This document shows, one piece after another, positions 49,418 through 58,577 of a DNA stretch of 64,000 bases. The notes below the pieces were generated by a model, which was given only the letters and a program-made list of their open reading frames with translations, was not told the origin of the DNA and ran no database searches. Source of the DNA: an uncultured Desulfospira sp. (GTDB lineage Bacteria > Desulfobacterota > Desulfobacteria > Desulfobacterales > Desulfobacteraceae); the NCBI GenBank assembly GCA_963663165.1, contig OY760175.1, positions 928,001 to 992,000 on the forward strand, read 5' to 3'. The translations under genes and the position numbers were made by a program. Numbering within the stretch: position 1 is the first letter of the stretch; every line of letters begins with the position of its first letter.

Positions 49418-49523
49418 AACACCTGAATTACCGCTTTCAAACCAGAACGCCCCATCTGCGCGGTGTGATTATCCTAACTGGCAAGCAACTTATTTTACAC
49501 CCTCTGAACCGTCAAATCAAATT

Positions 49524-49586
49524 ACCATGAAAATCATGAAGCGCAAGAAGGCGCTTGTCCTTCATGCGCTTCATGATTTTCATGGT
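49524..49586. repeat. Inverted repeat built from 9-mers, between convergent genes
   Basis: ACCATGAAAATCATGAAGCGCA.GAAGG ... CCTTC.TGCGCTTCATGATTTTCATGGT. Confidence 0.85.
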
Positions 49587-49658
49587 TATTAAAAAATCGG
49601 ATCTATGCGGTGCCGATCAGTAAGGGTTATAACCATTGAAAATCAAAATTATACTCTT

Positions 49659-49871
49659 TTACCGCCAGACCAGAGATTCTTTGTTCCCGACAATATCCCC
49701 TGGCTGGACAGGCTTGTCGGTCCAGACAATTCTGGTACTGCATTCCCATTCATCCTTGTTCAGCTCTTTTTGCCGTTTGGCCAGATTCCTTTCAGAATCT
49801 TTCCGGCTGGCATGGACGGAAATAACCTCACGTTCGGCCGTATGATTATTTTGATAAATCAGTGCATACAT
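49659..49871 (-). CDS. Small hypothetical protein
   Basis: 70 aa ORF with GGGAGG RBS, downstream of DUF4242. Confidence 0.6.
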   Translation of the reverse strand: MYALIYQNNHTAEREVISVHASRKDSERNLAKRQKELNKDEWECSTRIVWTDKPVQPGDIVGNKESLVWR

Positions 49872-49967
49872 TGGCTGGCCCTCCCCTGATGTTGACTGGC
49901 ATCATTTCATTCGGAGTGCAGGCCGGGAAAGCGGTGAATCCGGCCTGTACTCCCGTTTAAATTTTAT

Positions 49968-50282
49968 TCAGTTGCCCAGGGTATCGGCAACCGCCTCTTT
50001 TTCAATGTGAACCTGCCAGCTTTCACCCCACAGATCCGGAACAGTTTCCTCCACCGGTAAAATAGAATCCCACCCAATCCCGATTTCCGAAAAAACCTCT
50101 TTGAGGACGCCTTCATCAGGGGCCATCCACAGGCAGTACCGGACGCCTTTTTCGTCGTTATAGTATGTTCTGATCCATGTTGCGGCTTCAACGTCAGCCA
50201 GTTTTCGCCAGTTGGCCTGGACCTGTTCGCAGTCAATGCCGGGGTTGCTGTGTACCATCATATACTTTTTAAATTTGGCCAT
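49968..50282 (-). CDS. DUF4242-like protein
   Basis: YMMVH..PG, WIRTY, YCLWMAPD; AAGGAG RBS. Confidence 0.75.
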   Translation of the reverse strand: MAKFKKYMMVHSNPGIDCEQVQANWRKLADVEAATWIRTYYNDEKGVRYCLWMAPDEGVLKEVFSEIGIGWDSILPVEETVPDLWGESWQVHIEKEAVADTLGN

Positions 50283-50359
50283 GATTCATCTCCTTGATCT
50301 CGTATGGTTGTTGTCTTGATCCAAAAGATGCACATCAATTGGGAGTTAAAAATAATAAT

Positions 50360-50376
50360 ATCAATAACCGTGCCAG
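50360..50376 (-). promoter_or_regulatory. Sigma54 promoter (GA variant) for DUF4242
   Basis: CTGGCACGGTTATTGAT; GGTAACG boxes at 50517-50566. Confidence 0.7.
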
Positions 50377-50576
50377 CCATTCATATACAGCTGGCAGCGA
50401 CATCAACAGACGATAGACGCCAGAAGGGAATAAGTGGAAAATGCCGTCAAAAGGTTATTTTCCCGGATAATGGGAATCATACTTTGTGGATCAGATGATG
50501 GAATTTATGGCCACAGGGTAACGGCACCGGTACCGGTATGGGTAACGTTACGTAACGTTAAGTTACTTCTTATATT

Positions 50577-50711
50577 TTATGCCTTTTCCCCTGGATACAA
50601 ATCCGGGTGTTCTATCCATATGGCATGGTCCACCATCCCAAGGGAGGACAGAATGTTGACCAGGGTGAGGGCCAGTGCCGATCCTTTAGGGCCGGCACTG
50701 GCCGTGTCCCA
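50577..50711 (-). pseudogene. 3' remnant of the hypothetical gene that is intact at 58876-59178
   Basis: Encodes WDTASAGPKGSALALTLVNILSSLGMVDHAIWIEHPDLYPGEKA*; cut off at the repeat starting 50714. Confidence 0.8.
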
Positions 50712-50713
50712 CT

Positions 50714-50756
50714 AACGGCCACGGGCCGTCTTGGTTATCCAACCAAGAACCGCCCA
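50714..50756 (-). repeat. Inverted, slightly truncated copy of the 47 bp REP-like unit
   Basis: AACGGCCACGGGCCGTCTTGGTTATCCAACCAAGAACCGCCCA. Confidence 0.88.
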
Positions 50757-51163
50757 TTGGATTTGGAAGAACATCCCCCTTGGTCCGACAGCGCCTGTGT
50801 TCCGAAAATTGGACGGTCAGGCATTCAGGGAAAAGACGGCGCCCCGGTGTCGGCAGTGATTTCCATTGGGATCTTGGCCGCCGGGATTATATATCGAGTT
50901 TACAGACGCAGCCCCCCATCTCCTGCCGGGTTCCAGCGGCGATCCTGCTAAAAAAAGGGGCTTTCGTCCTTGACAGAACAGGCGTCCTACTTTATGTAAT
51001 ATCTGAGATCAGACAACTCGCCATATTCGGATAAAAACAATTCATCGCTTTGTCGTCTTCACACCAGGCTGTCAGGCTGTTCGTCATTCTCACCATTGGC
51101 CAGCGGATACATTTGCCGCTGACGATATATTCGCCGTTATCATTATCATACAGGGAGGAAAAA

Positions 51164-53209
51164 ATGGCTTCATTCCGCTTCAAGAAGAGCAATGGGCAAA
51201 AACCGGAGAATAACGGAACGGTTGTAACCATCGAGAGCACTGTCGGCAAATTAACCCCAAACCTTTCAAAAATCCCCTTCACCCCGACATTTATCGTCGC
51301 CTTTGTATCACCTTACGTGGATATTGACAGCGTCGCCCGAAAGGTCTGTGAACAATTCCCCAAAACCGCCATGACGTTTTGCTCCACGGCCGGGGAGCTG
51401 TTCACCGATGGTTCTTGTCTTTACTGCAGCACCGGGAATAGCTGGGACCGGGTTGTGCTTCAATGCTACAGCCCCGAGGTCATTGCCAAAGCAGAGGTGG
51501 TGGCGCTCCCCCTTGGGTGTGAAGACATGCGAAAAGGACAAATTAAGACCGCGCTAAAAGACCGGATCGAATCTTTGAAAAAAGGGATCCAGGCCTTGAG
51601 GGTTTCCATGCCCATTGACCATAAGGATACATTTGCCTATATCCTGTTCGACGGGCTCAGTGCATCGGAATCTTTTTTCATGGAAGCCCTTTACGATTCA
51701 GGGCGGTTTCCCTGCATGTTTGTGGGGGGATCTGCCGGCGGCAAGCTTGATTTTCAGAACACCTTTCTTCATGACGGCCGGAAACGGTATGAAAATCATG
51801 TAATGATCGCTTTCATCAAAACAGCGCCGGGCATCCGGTTCGGCCTGATGAAAAGCCAGAACTTCTCTTTGGCCAACACCTCATTCTCCATTTTATCATC
51901 TTCGGTTGAACAGCGCTTTGTCAGCCAGGTTGTGGACCGGGAAGGGCAGATCCTGACCCTCATAGAGGCCCTTTGCAAAACCTTCAACTGTGCGCCCGAA
52001 GCGCTTGAAGGGAATCTTTCAGATTACTCTTTTGCCATCTCAGTGGGCAAAGAGCTGTATGTTCGCTCCATATCGGCCATAGACCTTGAAGGTGGCCATA
52101 TTCATTTTTATTGTGACATTTCACCCGGTGAAGAGCTGATGCTGATCAAACGCGAAGACATGGTCCGAAATACCGAGCGGGATTTCAAAAAATTTATGGA
52201 GGGCAAACCCTCTGCCCCCATTGCAGGAATTTTAAATGACTGTATTTTAAGACGGCTGCTCAACGATGCCAGTCTGACAAAAATGGGGCAGGTTTTAAAA
52301 GGGATGGATGTCGCGGGGTTCTCAACCTTTGGGGAGATCCTTGGATTGAATCTGAACCAGACCCTGACCGCTGTTTTTTTCTTTAAAGTAGAACCGGGCC
52401 AGCCCTTCAGCGACGCGTATGTGGATAATTTTCCCATTCATTACAGCGAATTCAAAGCATTCTTCCTTAAAAGACAAATTTCAAAACTACAGCGGCTGTC
52501 CCAGGTCGTGGTCCGCCATATCAACGACTTCAAGCAGCGCCAGTACGGCAGCAGGCTCGACCCGACAGGCATGGATCCGGTTATGGCCACGGTATTTCAA
52601 GGCATGAATGATTTGGGGCAGACACTGATCGATGTCAATGAACATCGTGAGGCCATGGCCGGCAGAATAGATGAGTGCACCAACGACCTTTACGGATCTG
52701 TTGACGAGCTGGTCGGCCACATCCAAAAACAGGATCAGACCGTGGATGAGCTCAAAGGAAAATTTGAAGAGCTTTCCCAACTGGCCGGCAAGACCATGAT
52801 CAGTACCCAGGAGCTTGGCGATGCCAGCCGCCGCATTGAAAATTTCATTGAGGTTATAGAAGATATTGCCGCCCAGACCAACCTGCTCTCCCTTAATGCT
52901 ACCATTGAAGCCGCCCGGGCCGGTGAGAGCGGCAAGGGATTTGCCGTTGTTGCCGATGAAGTCCGCAGCCTTGCCGCGCAATCCAAAGACAGTGCAACCG
53001 AAATCAGGGACAATATTGCTGCCCTTTCCGGTGAAATCGGAAATGTTGCCCATGAGATTGAACTTCAAAACCAAAGCGTGGCCCTGTTGACGGAAATGCT
53101 CAATACCATAAAGGAAACCAGCTCCCGGACCTCGGAAACGGCGGACAGTACCAGAGGGATAGCTGATACACTCAAGGGGATGACCGGGAAATCAGGGGTC
53201 ACTGTCTAA
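51164..53209 (+). CDS. Soluble chemoreceptor, FIST (NosP-like) + MCP signalling domain
   Basis: [66 protein letters not shown]; no obvious TM segment. Confidence 0.9.
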   Translation: MASFRFKKSNGQKPENNGTVVTIESTVGKLTPNLSKIPFTPTFIVAFVSPYVDIDSVARKVCEQFPKTAMTFCSTAGELFTDGSCLYCSTGNSWDRVVLQCYSPEVIAKAEVVALPLGCEDMRKGQIKTALKDRIESLKKGIQALRVSMPIDHKDTFAYILFDGLSASESFFMEALYDSGRFPCMFVGGSAGGKLDFQNTFLHDGRKRYENHVMIAFIKTAPGIRFGLMKSQNFSLANTSFSILSSSVEQRFVSQVVDREGQILTLIEALCKTFNCAPEALEGNLSDYSFAISVGKELYVRSISAIDLEGGHIHFYCDISPGEELMLIKREDMVRNTERDFKKFMEGKPSAPIAGILNDCILRRLLNDASLTKMGQVLKGMDVAGFSTFGEILGLNLNQTLTAVFFFKVEPGQPFSDAYVDNFPIHYSEFKAFFLKRQISKLQRLSQVVVRHINDFKQRQYGSRLDPTGMDPVMATVFQGMNDLGQTLIDVNEHREAMAGRIDECTNDLYGSVDELVGHIQKQDQTVDELKGKFEELSQLAGKTMISTQELGDASRRIENFIEVIEDIAAQTNLLSLNATIEAARAGESGKGFAVVADEVRSLAAQSKDSATEIRDNIAALSGEIGNVAHEIELQNQSVALLTEMLNTIKETSSRTSETADSTRGIADTLKGMTGKSGVTV

Positions 53210-53247
53210 GATAAAAAGACAAGACCGCTCTTTAAGGGCGCTCACAG

Positions 53248-53284
53248 AAAAAGGCTTTCAGCCGTCCTTGCTGAAAGCCTTTTT
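53248..53284. terminator. Bidirectional intrinsic terminator
   Basis: AAAAAGGCTTTCAGC-7 nt-GCTGAAAGCCTTTTT between convergent genes. Confidence 0.85.
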
Positions 53285-53336
53285 CACTTAAAATCCAGGG
53301 CATGATGCGGCAGCACAATGGCCCGAAAATTTAAAT

Positions 53337-53963
53337 TTAAGCAGTGGCAATGGGCTTTCCTCTTCTCCAGCCGGCAAGACCGATCAGCCCTGCACCCAAT
53401 ACCAGACAAGATCCCGGCACAGGAACAGGAGACGTCTGTGTAAATACGGCATAGACACGGCTTGCAGCGCCGGCTGTTGAATTATCTACCCCATAAGTTT
53501 TAGATTTTACGATAAAGTCACCGGCGTTATATGTTCCGGTGCTTGTTTCCGTATAGACTAAAAAATAATTAAGCAGTGATATATCGGCTACCGTATTGTC
53601 ATCCGTATTGATGCCATAGGCAACCACCAGACTGATTTTTTCATCACTTGAAACCCCATATACGGAGGTAAACATATTGCCATACATATTATAAATATAG
53701 CTTAATTTCTCTAATGCAGCTTCTGCATCATCCTGGCTGGTAAAGGCAAAGTCATACTCGCCGTTCCCGTCGGAATCATATACATCCCCGGCACTGCCCT
53801 CCACAAAGGACACATCATAAGTTGCCCCATTGACCACCAGACCGGTTACTTTCGAAAGTTCACCGCTGGAGTCGGAATACAGGCAGATCGCCGCACTGGC
53901 GACCCCGGGAATAAAGACCATAAGGCAAAATACGGCCACTACAAATTTTGATGCTGTTTTCAT
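53337..53963 (-). CDS. PEP-CTERM/VPLPA-CTERM-like exported protein
   Basis: Signal peptide; C-terminal VPVPGSCLVLGAGLIGLAGWRR. Confidence 0.85.
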   Translation of the reverse strand: MKTASKFVVAVFCLMVFIPGVASAAICLYSDSSGELSKVTGLVVNGATYDVSFVEGSAGDVYDSDGNGEYDFAFTSQDDAEAALEKLSYIYNMYGNMFTSVYGVSSDEKISLVVAYGINTDDNTVADISLLNYFLVYTETSTGTYNAGDFIVKSKTYGVDNSTAGAASRVYAVFTQTSPVPVPGSCLVLGAGLIGLAGWRRGKPIATA

Positions 53964-54063
53964 CTAACTTACTCCCTAATACATAAAATATCCATACGCT
54001 TGAGAGGTCAGCCCTGATCATACTGTATTCATCAGGGGTGCGCCTCGCTCCGGGCCAAATTCA

Positions 54064-54079
54064 TGCATATACCATGCCG
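54064..54079 (-). promoter_or_regulatory. Sigma54 promoter of the PEP-CTERM-like gene
   Basis: CGGCATGGTATATGCA (GG-N10-GC). Confidence 0.55.
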
Positions 54080-54775
54080 GAATATTATCCGGAGCAAAAC
54101 AAAGGCATAATAAAGACGCATCTATCTGAAAATAAAGAGATTTCAAAAAGAACTATTTTTTTATAAATCAAATTTGGAAAACGAATTCGCCTCTGTCAGC
54201 CGGAAAATTCTACATTTTTAGGAAAAAAATACCACATAAATCGGATAAATAAAAACGGATCGGGGACAAGGATCGCCCTTGTTTACCAATTCTGGGGGCA
54301 CCTTATTTAATTGCGAAGAATTATGGTTGTTGTCTTGATCCAAAAGATGCGCATCAATTGGGAGTTAAAAACAATATCAATAACCGTGCCAGCCATTGCA
54401 GCCATTGATATACAGCTGGCAGCGACATCAACAGACGATAGACTTCAGAAGGGAATAAGTGGAAAATGCCGTCAAAAGGTTATTTTCCCGGATGCTCACA
54501 TTCAAATAATGTAACGGATTTTTTTTCGTTCATTATTTCAAAAAAGAAATGGTTTTTCATATAAATTTAGTAGGTTAGGTTGGCAGTCAAAAATATTGAA
54601 AGTTGCAAATTAATGTAACGGTTCAAAAAAGATTCAAAAACAATCTGTGGTTCCCTGATTTTCACAGGTATATCCAGGCGAAAAATTGCGTTAATCAATT
54701 AAGGTCAAAATATAAACAGGCCATCTTCCGGTTAAATCAGAAGTGGCCTGTTTTTACGGATCTACTTTTCAGGGA

Positions 54776-55438
54776 TTACTGGGGAGGAAGGTCAGATATA
54801 AACTCCAGGGCAAGATTAATGTCAACAAATTGGTGGTTCAATTCCTTTGCCTTGTCCCGGCAGTCAGTACAGATTTCTTTAAATTTACGCATGTCGCCTT
54901 TGACCGCCATATAAATTTGCTCAACGGCTTCCTGCTGGATATCTTTATATTGTTCGATAAAGCCCTCAACCTCTATGGGATATAAAATCAGGGTTTTCAA
55001 CCGGCTGAGGATATCAGGGTGATTGCGAATCAAATAGGTCCTGACCTTTGGAAGCCCTGCAAAAACAATAGGAACACCGGCATCAATGATCCGCTTAAGA
55101 TATGGCCAGACCCTGGTATCCAGATCATTGGCCTCATCAATAATAATAAAGCAGTTGGACAGGTTGCAGATCATTTTCAGGTACTGGGGAGTTCTGCGAT
55201 ATGTGGCTGTGGTGTCATAGTTCAATTCTTTGAGTATGGATGCCAGGGTTTCGTGTATGTTGAACAGGGACTCTACCCATACGGCATGAAGTTTTTTGGG
55301 ACGAAGCAGTTTTAAAAACCTGGTTTTTCCCGCTCCAAAATCTCCCTCAATGAGTACGCTCCGGCCCCGGTAGATCCGGCTATAAGTGGCGCTCAGGTAT
55401 GATACCCTTCGTTTGTCACTGATAAAATCTGCCTTCAT
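54776..55438 (-). CDS. Transposon AAA+ ATPase (IstB/MuB/TnsC-like role)
   Basis: Walker A GDFGAGKT; Walker B IIIDEA; ATGA overlap with the transposase. Confidence 0.85.
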   Translation of the reverse strand: MKADFISDKRRVSYLSATYSRIYRGRSVLIEGDFGAGKTRFLKLLRPKKLHAVWVESLFNIHETLASILKELNYDTTATYRRTPQYLKMICNLSNCFIIIDEANDLDTRVWPYLKRIIDAGVPIVFAGLPKVRTYLIRNHPDILSRLKTLILYPIEVEGFIEQYKDIQQEAVEQIYMAVKGDMRKFKEICTDCRDKAKELNHQFVDINLALEFISDLPPQ

Positions 55439-57102
55439 GTTAAATCTCCGCAGGATGCATACGTGGCCACATGGTTTGTATTGATCAATTTCCGGCAGTC
55501 AAGCATAAAGGCATTGAATACCGCCTGCTTTTTCTGTGTTTCAGGTTGCCGCATCTTTTTCATATAATTCTTGTACCTGGATTGATTATGATGAAGCACT
55601 TGTTGAGCCCGGGCCAGAGTGAGGCCGCTATGATAAGCTTCAATTAAGACTCGCCGGTCGACGGCCATGTTGTGCTTTTCCAGAAAAATGATCATCATGT
55701 CGAGTTCATCCGGGGCCACTGGTACAGATTTTGGGTCAGGTGGTTTGTCAAACGGCTTTGTGGCAAGGGCTTCGCCCAATAGTATGCCGTCTTCCCCCCG
55801 TTCAAAAATAAACAGCTTGCCCTTATATACTGATATTTGCACCGGTGTACTTTTATGCCTGCTGAACCGGTCTGTACCACTGGTTACACAATAGATCCGG
55901 TTGTCATGGCGAATGGTTCTTTTGTTAGATACAGTGGCTTTTATTTTCCTGTAGCCATACTTCATATATTCCTGCACCTCATCCGGTGAAAAGGTAAGGA
56001 TATCGGCTTGCCTTGATAAAAATTCTTCCAGCTTTTGTGCCGGAACCCATGCACTGATCTTTCCATTTTCGCTAAAATAATGTTTGGTGTGGTTATGTTC
56101 GTGGCGGTATTCTTTTATCAGGGGGCTGTGTCTTAAATCCCGGAGTGTAATATCAAGGAGTGTCACAGTGATTTTTTCTTTTTTCTTATTATTGAAGATA
56201 ACCCCTGGAACGGTCTTTACAATCCTGTCTTCAAACGCCTTGATGATTCGGATTTCAAAATTATGAAGACTGCGATGGGAGGACTCAAGATGGGCCTTGT
56301 CCCTGGGGGCACTTACCCTTGAAAAATCCGGCGCCAGATAAAATCCTCCGGGAACGGAATGTTTTATATTCAAGGCGTTGATGACTCTTTTGAGATTTAC
56401 AAATCCTGTGGCGTTATCCGGCCTGAACCGGACTTTCTTCTGGGGAAATGGGGTGGAAAGCAAAAACCGGTTAAACAAATCCACTGAGCTTAAGCTGCTT
56501 TCATCGAAATAGGCATCAAGTTCAAACATGTACCGGGAACCGGTATCAAACGTTTCAATGACTTGGGGTTTTTGCCAGTGGCCAGCCTCATTTTTGATTT
56601 TTAAATATCGAAAGTTGCAACCGTCTACCTGTATCAGGCCAAACACCGGAACAGGCTTGAATGCGTTTTTCACCGGGGCATTTTCTTCAAAATCTTCTTT
56701 TTCCAGGTAAAATTTAAGGCCTTCCCTTTGGGCACATCGCCTGAGTGCCGGAAGGCTGATGGTTTTTCCCAATTCTCTTTCAAGCCAATAGTGGTAATTT
56801 TTAATGGTTCTGGCTTTTCGGGTAATAAAAATAAACCCCTGGGATGACGGGTCACAGGAGGCCTTGACCATTTCGATAAACCGCCTTTTGGTTTGTTCAT
56901 CTATGGACCGGGGCCGGCCGCTGCATTTGCGGCCGTCCATAATCCCTTTTTCAACCAGTAGAAGGGGCGTCGGGATAATGCCGGTTTTCCTGTACTGGTC
57001 TTTGTAATATTTTTTGGACCTTCTTTTGGCTGATCCGGTTTTATTCATGATTTTTTTATGGAGCAGCAAATAAAAACGGTCATCAAGGCTCAGGTTCTTC
57101 AT
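55435..57102 (-). CDS. DDE transposase/integrase
   Basis: GRPR-HTH-like N-terminus; QVD, RPDNATGF and KAHLE candidate catalytic triad. Confidence 0.82.
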   Translation of the reverse strand: MKNLSLDDRFYLLLHKKIMNKTGSAKRRSKKYYKDQYRKTGIIPTPLLLVEKGIMDGRKCSGRPRSIDEQTKRRFIEMVKASCDPSSQGFIFITRKARTIKNYHYWLERELGKTISLPALRRCAQREGLKFYLEKEDFEENAPVKNAFKPVPVFGLIQVDGCNFRYLKIKNEAGHWQKPQVIETFDTGSRYMFELDAYFDESSLSSVDLFNRFLLSTPFPQKKVRFRPDNATGFVNLKRVINALNIKHSVPGGFYLAPDFSRVSAPRDKAHLESSHRSLHNFEIRIIKAFEDRIVKTVPGVIFNNKKKEKITVTLLDITLRDLRHSPLIKEYRHEHNHTKHYFSENGKISAWVPAQKLEEFLSRQADILTFSPDEVQEYMKYGYRKIKATVSNKRTIRHDNRIYCVTSGTDRFSRHKSTPVQISVYKGKLFIFERGEDGILLGEALATKPFDKPPDPKSVPVAPDELDMMIIFLEKHNMAVDRRVLIEAYHSGLTLARAQQVLHHNQSRYKNYMKKMRQPETQKKQAVFNAFMLDCRKLINTNHVATYASCGDLT

Positions 57103-57653
57103 TGTCTTGCCCCTTTTGATAAAATTTTTTCGCGGATCACCCTGTGCCACAACAATGCAGCCTGCCGGGACGTTTGCTGCCAATGATCATGCTGGGCCAC
57201 CCGCACCTGTTCAATCATTGCATGTACGGCTGCCATGTATTCAGCCGAAATCCGTTCCGCCAAATCCGGTTTGTTCTCCGGGGGTATTTTTTGGGCCTCT
57301 ACAAATTTTTTGATGTTCCGTGCGGTTAACTCAATACCGTTGTCTATGATTGCCTTCCAGGTGTTGCGCTGGTCCAGGGGGTCCAATTGAGCAAGAGGCC
57401 GGACCTGGGATTCATTGGCAGGTGTTTTGTCCCCAATTGGGGACAAATTATAGATCACTTCATAAGATTTGATCAGGCGGTATGCATGGGACTTGCCCAT
57501 ATCCCACCGTTCCCTGGTATATGCTTCAAATGTCTCAAACAGGGCCAGTTTGTACAGGCGGCTGTCACGGATTTCTTTTAACGCCTGACCGATCTTATAG
57601 AAACTCTCCTGATTACGGGCAATAAGGGTCTCCAGTTGAAGCAGCCGTTTCAT
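57099..57653 (-). CDS. Helical DNA-binding-like protein (DUF3102-like, as in phage methylase N-termini; no catalytic motifs)
   Basis: IGQALKEIRD..LY..TFEAY..ERW....AYRLI; PANESQVRPL. Confidence 0.65.
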   Translation of the reverse strand: MKRLLQLETLIARNQESFYKIGQALKEIRDSRLYKLALFETFEAYTRERWDMGKSHAYRLIKSYEVIYNLSPIGDKTPANESQVRPLAQLDPLDQRNTWKAIIDNGIELTARNIKKFVEAQKIPPENKPDLAERISAEYMAAVHAMIEQVRVAQHDHWQQTSRQAALLWHRVIREKILSKGARQ

Positions 57654-57655
57654 CT

Positions 57656-58042
57656 TTACTTCCCAGGCCAGGGTTGACCGATACCGGTGGCAAGAGACGT
57701 CAACACATTTGCCGGGACATAGGAGACCGCATCCAGTTCTTTCAAAAAAAATACACTGTCCCTGAATCCATATCCCTTGACTTCCATGACCAGATCAATG
57801 GTGTTGAAATTCTTCTCACACCGAAAACACCTGGCCAGATTGGTGGCTGGATTTACAGCGGTTTGAAACTCATTGCACAAAGGACATAAAAACCGGAAAA
57901 CACCATCCCTGATTTTGGATGGAATCTGTAAATGGTCACGGATCAGCATATCCACAGGGATATCGTTTCTCAGTTTAAATAGCTCCCGGGATGAAAATCT
58001 GTTTTTCATTTTGTTGCAATGGCCTGTCAATATTTCTTTTTT
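57656..58042 (-). CDS. Stand-alone primase-type (CHC2-like) zinc-finger protein; start uncertain (ORF track extends to 58060)
   Basis: CPLC..TAVNP..N..RCFRC..NTIDLVM..GF.DSV. Confidence 0.72.
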   Translation of the reverse strand, partial: KKEILTGHCNKMKNRFSSRELFKLRNDIPVDMLIRDHLQIPSKIRDGVFRFLCPLCNEFQTAVNPATNLARCFRCEKNFNTIDLVMEVKGYGFRDSVFFLKELDAVSYVPANVLTSLATGIGQPWPGK

Positions 58043-58069
58043 CATTGTCTTATCCTCCATTAAGATGTT

Positions 58070-58459
58070 TCATTGATTGGCCCTTACAGGTCGTTTTGCA
58101 TATCCGCGCCAGGGAAAATGCTCTACAACCCAACCAATTTTCCCACAAAAATGGCAACAGGGGCCGGAACATAATGGCTTGGGAGAGACACTATCATGGG
58201 TTACACCGGGTATAGTAGATGTATCATCCATGGTTTTTTCAGCTTGACGTAATCTTTTGTTTTTTTCTTGACGACGGTGGGCCTCTTTACCTTTTGGCGT
58301 TTGTCGATATTTTTTTTGAGCTTTGCAGTGCGCTTCTTTGCGGGCCTCCTGGCGGCATTCTTGACAGCAATATGCCTGCCCCCGCCAGCAACTGCGGCAC
58401 ACATAGAAAATTTGGAAACATCGCTTACACTCGATACGTTTTAATAAAACGATTTCCAT
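58070..58459 (-). CDS. Cys-rich basic hypothetical protein, first gene of the element
   Basis: CKRC..CRSCWRGQAYCCQEC, basic helix, CHFCG. Confidence 0.7.
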   Translation of the reverse strand: MEIVLLKRIECKRCFQIFYVCRSCWRGQAYCCQECRQEARKEAHCKAQKKYRQTPKGKEAHRRQEKNKRLRQAEKTMDDTSTIPGVTHDSVSPKPLCSGPCCHFCGKIGWVVEHFPWRGYAKRPVRANQ

Positions 58460-58544
58460 GCTTCCGCTCTTGCTAAATTACGGAAGCCGTGGTTAGATAA
58501 AAACGGTGGTGTGGCTTCCGTAACCTACTCGGATGTCTACATTG

Positions 58545-58577
58545 AAGGCTCGAAGTTGCAGCTTCGAGCCTTTTTTA
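58545..58577 (+). terminator. Intrinsic terminator on the strand antisense to the transposon genes
   Basis: AAGGCTCGAAG-ttgcag-CTTCGAGCCTTTTTT. Confidence 0.65.

Larger units (their letters stand above)
50303..50711. repeat. Copy 1 of a ~400 bp duplication (promoter, enhancer boxes and 3' gene fragment)
   Basis: Matches 54322-54492 joined to 58777-59010. Confidence 0.92.

Noticed and set aside
57099..57653. DNA methyltransferase in the transposon
   Set aside because: Resembles only the N-terminal accessory domain; no FxGxG or DPPY/NPPY/PC motifs
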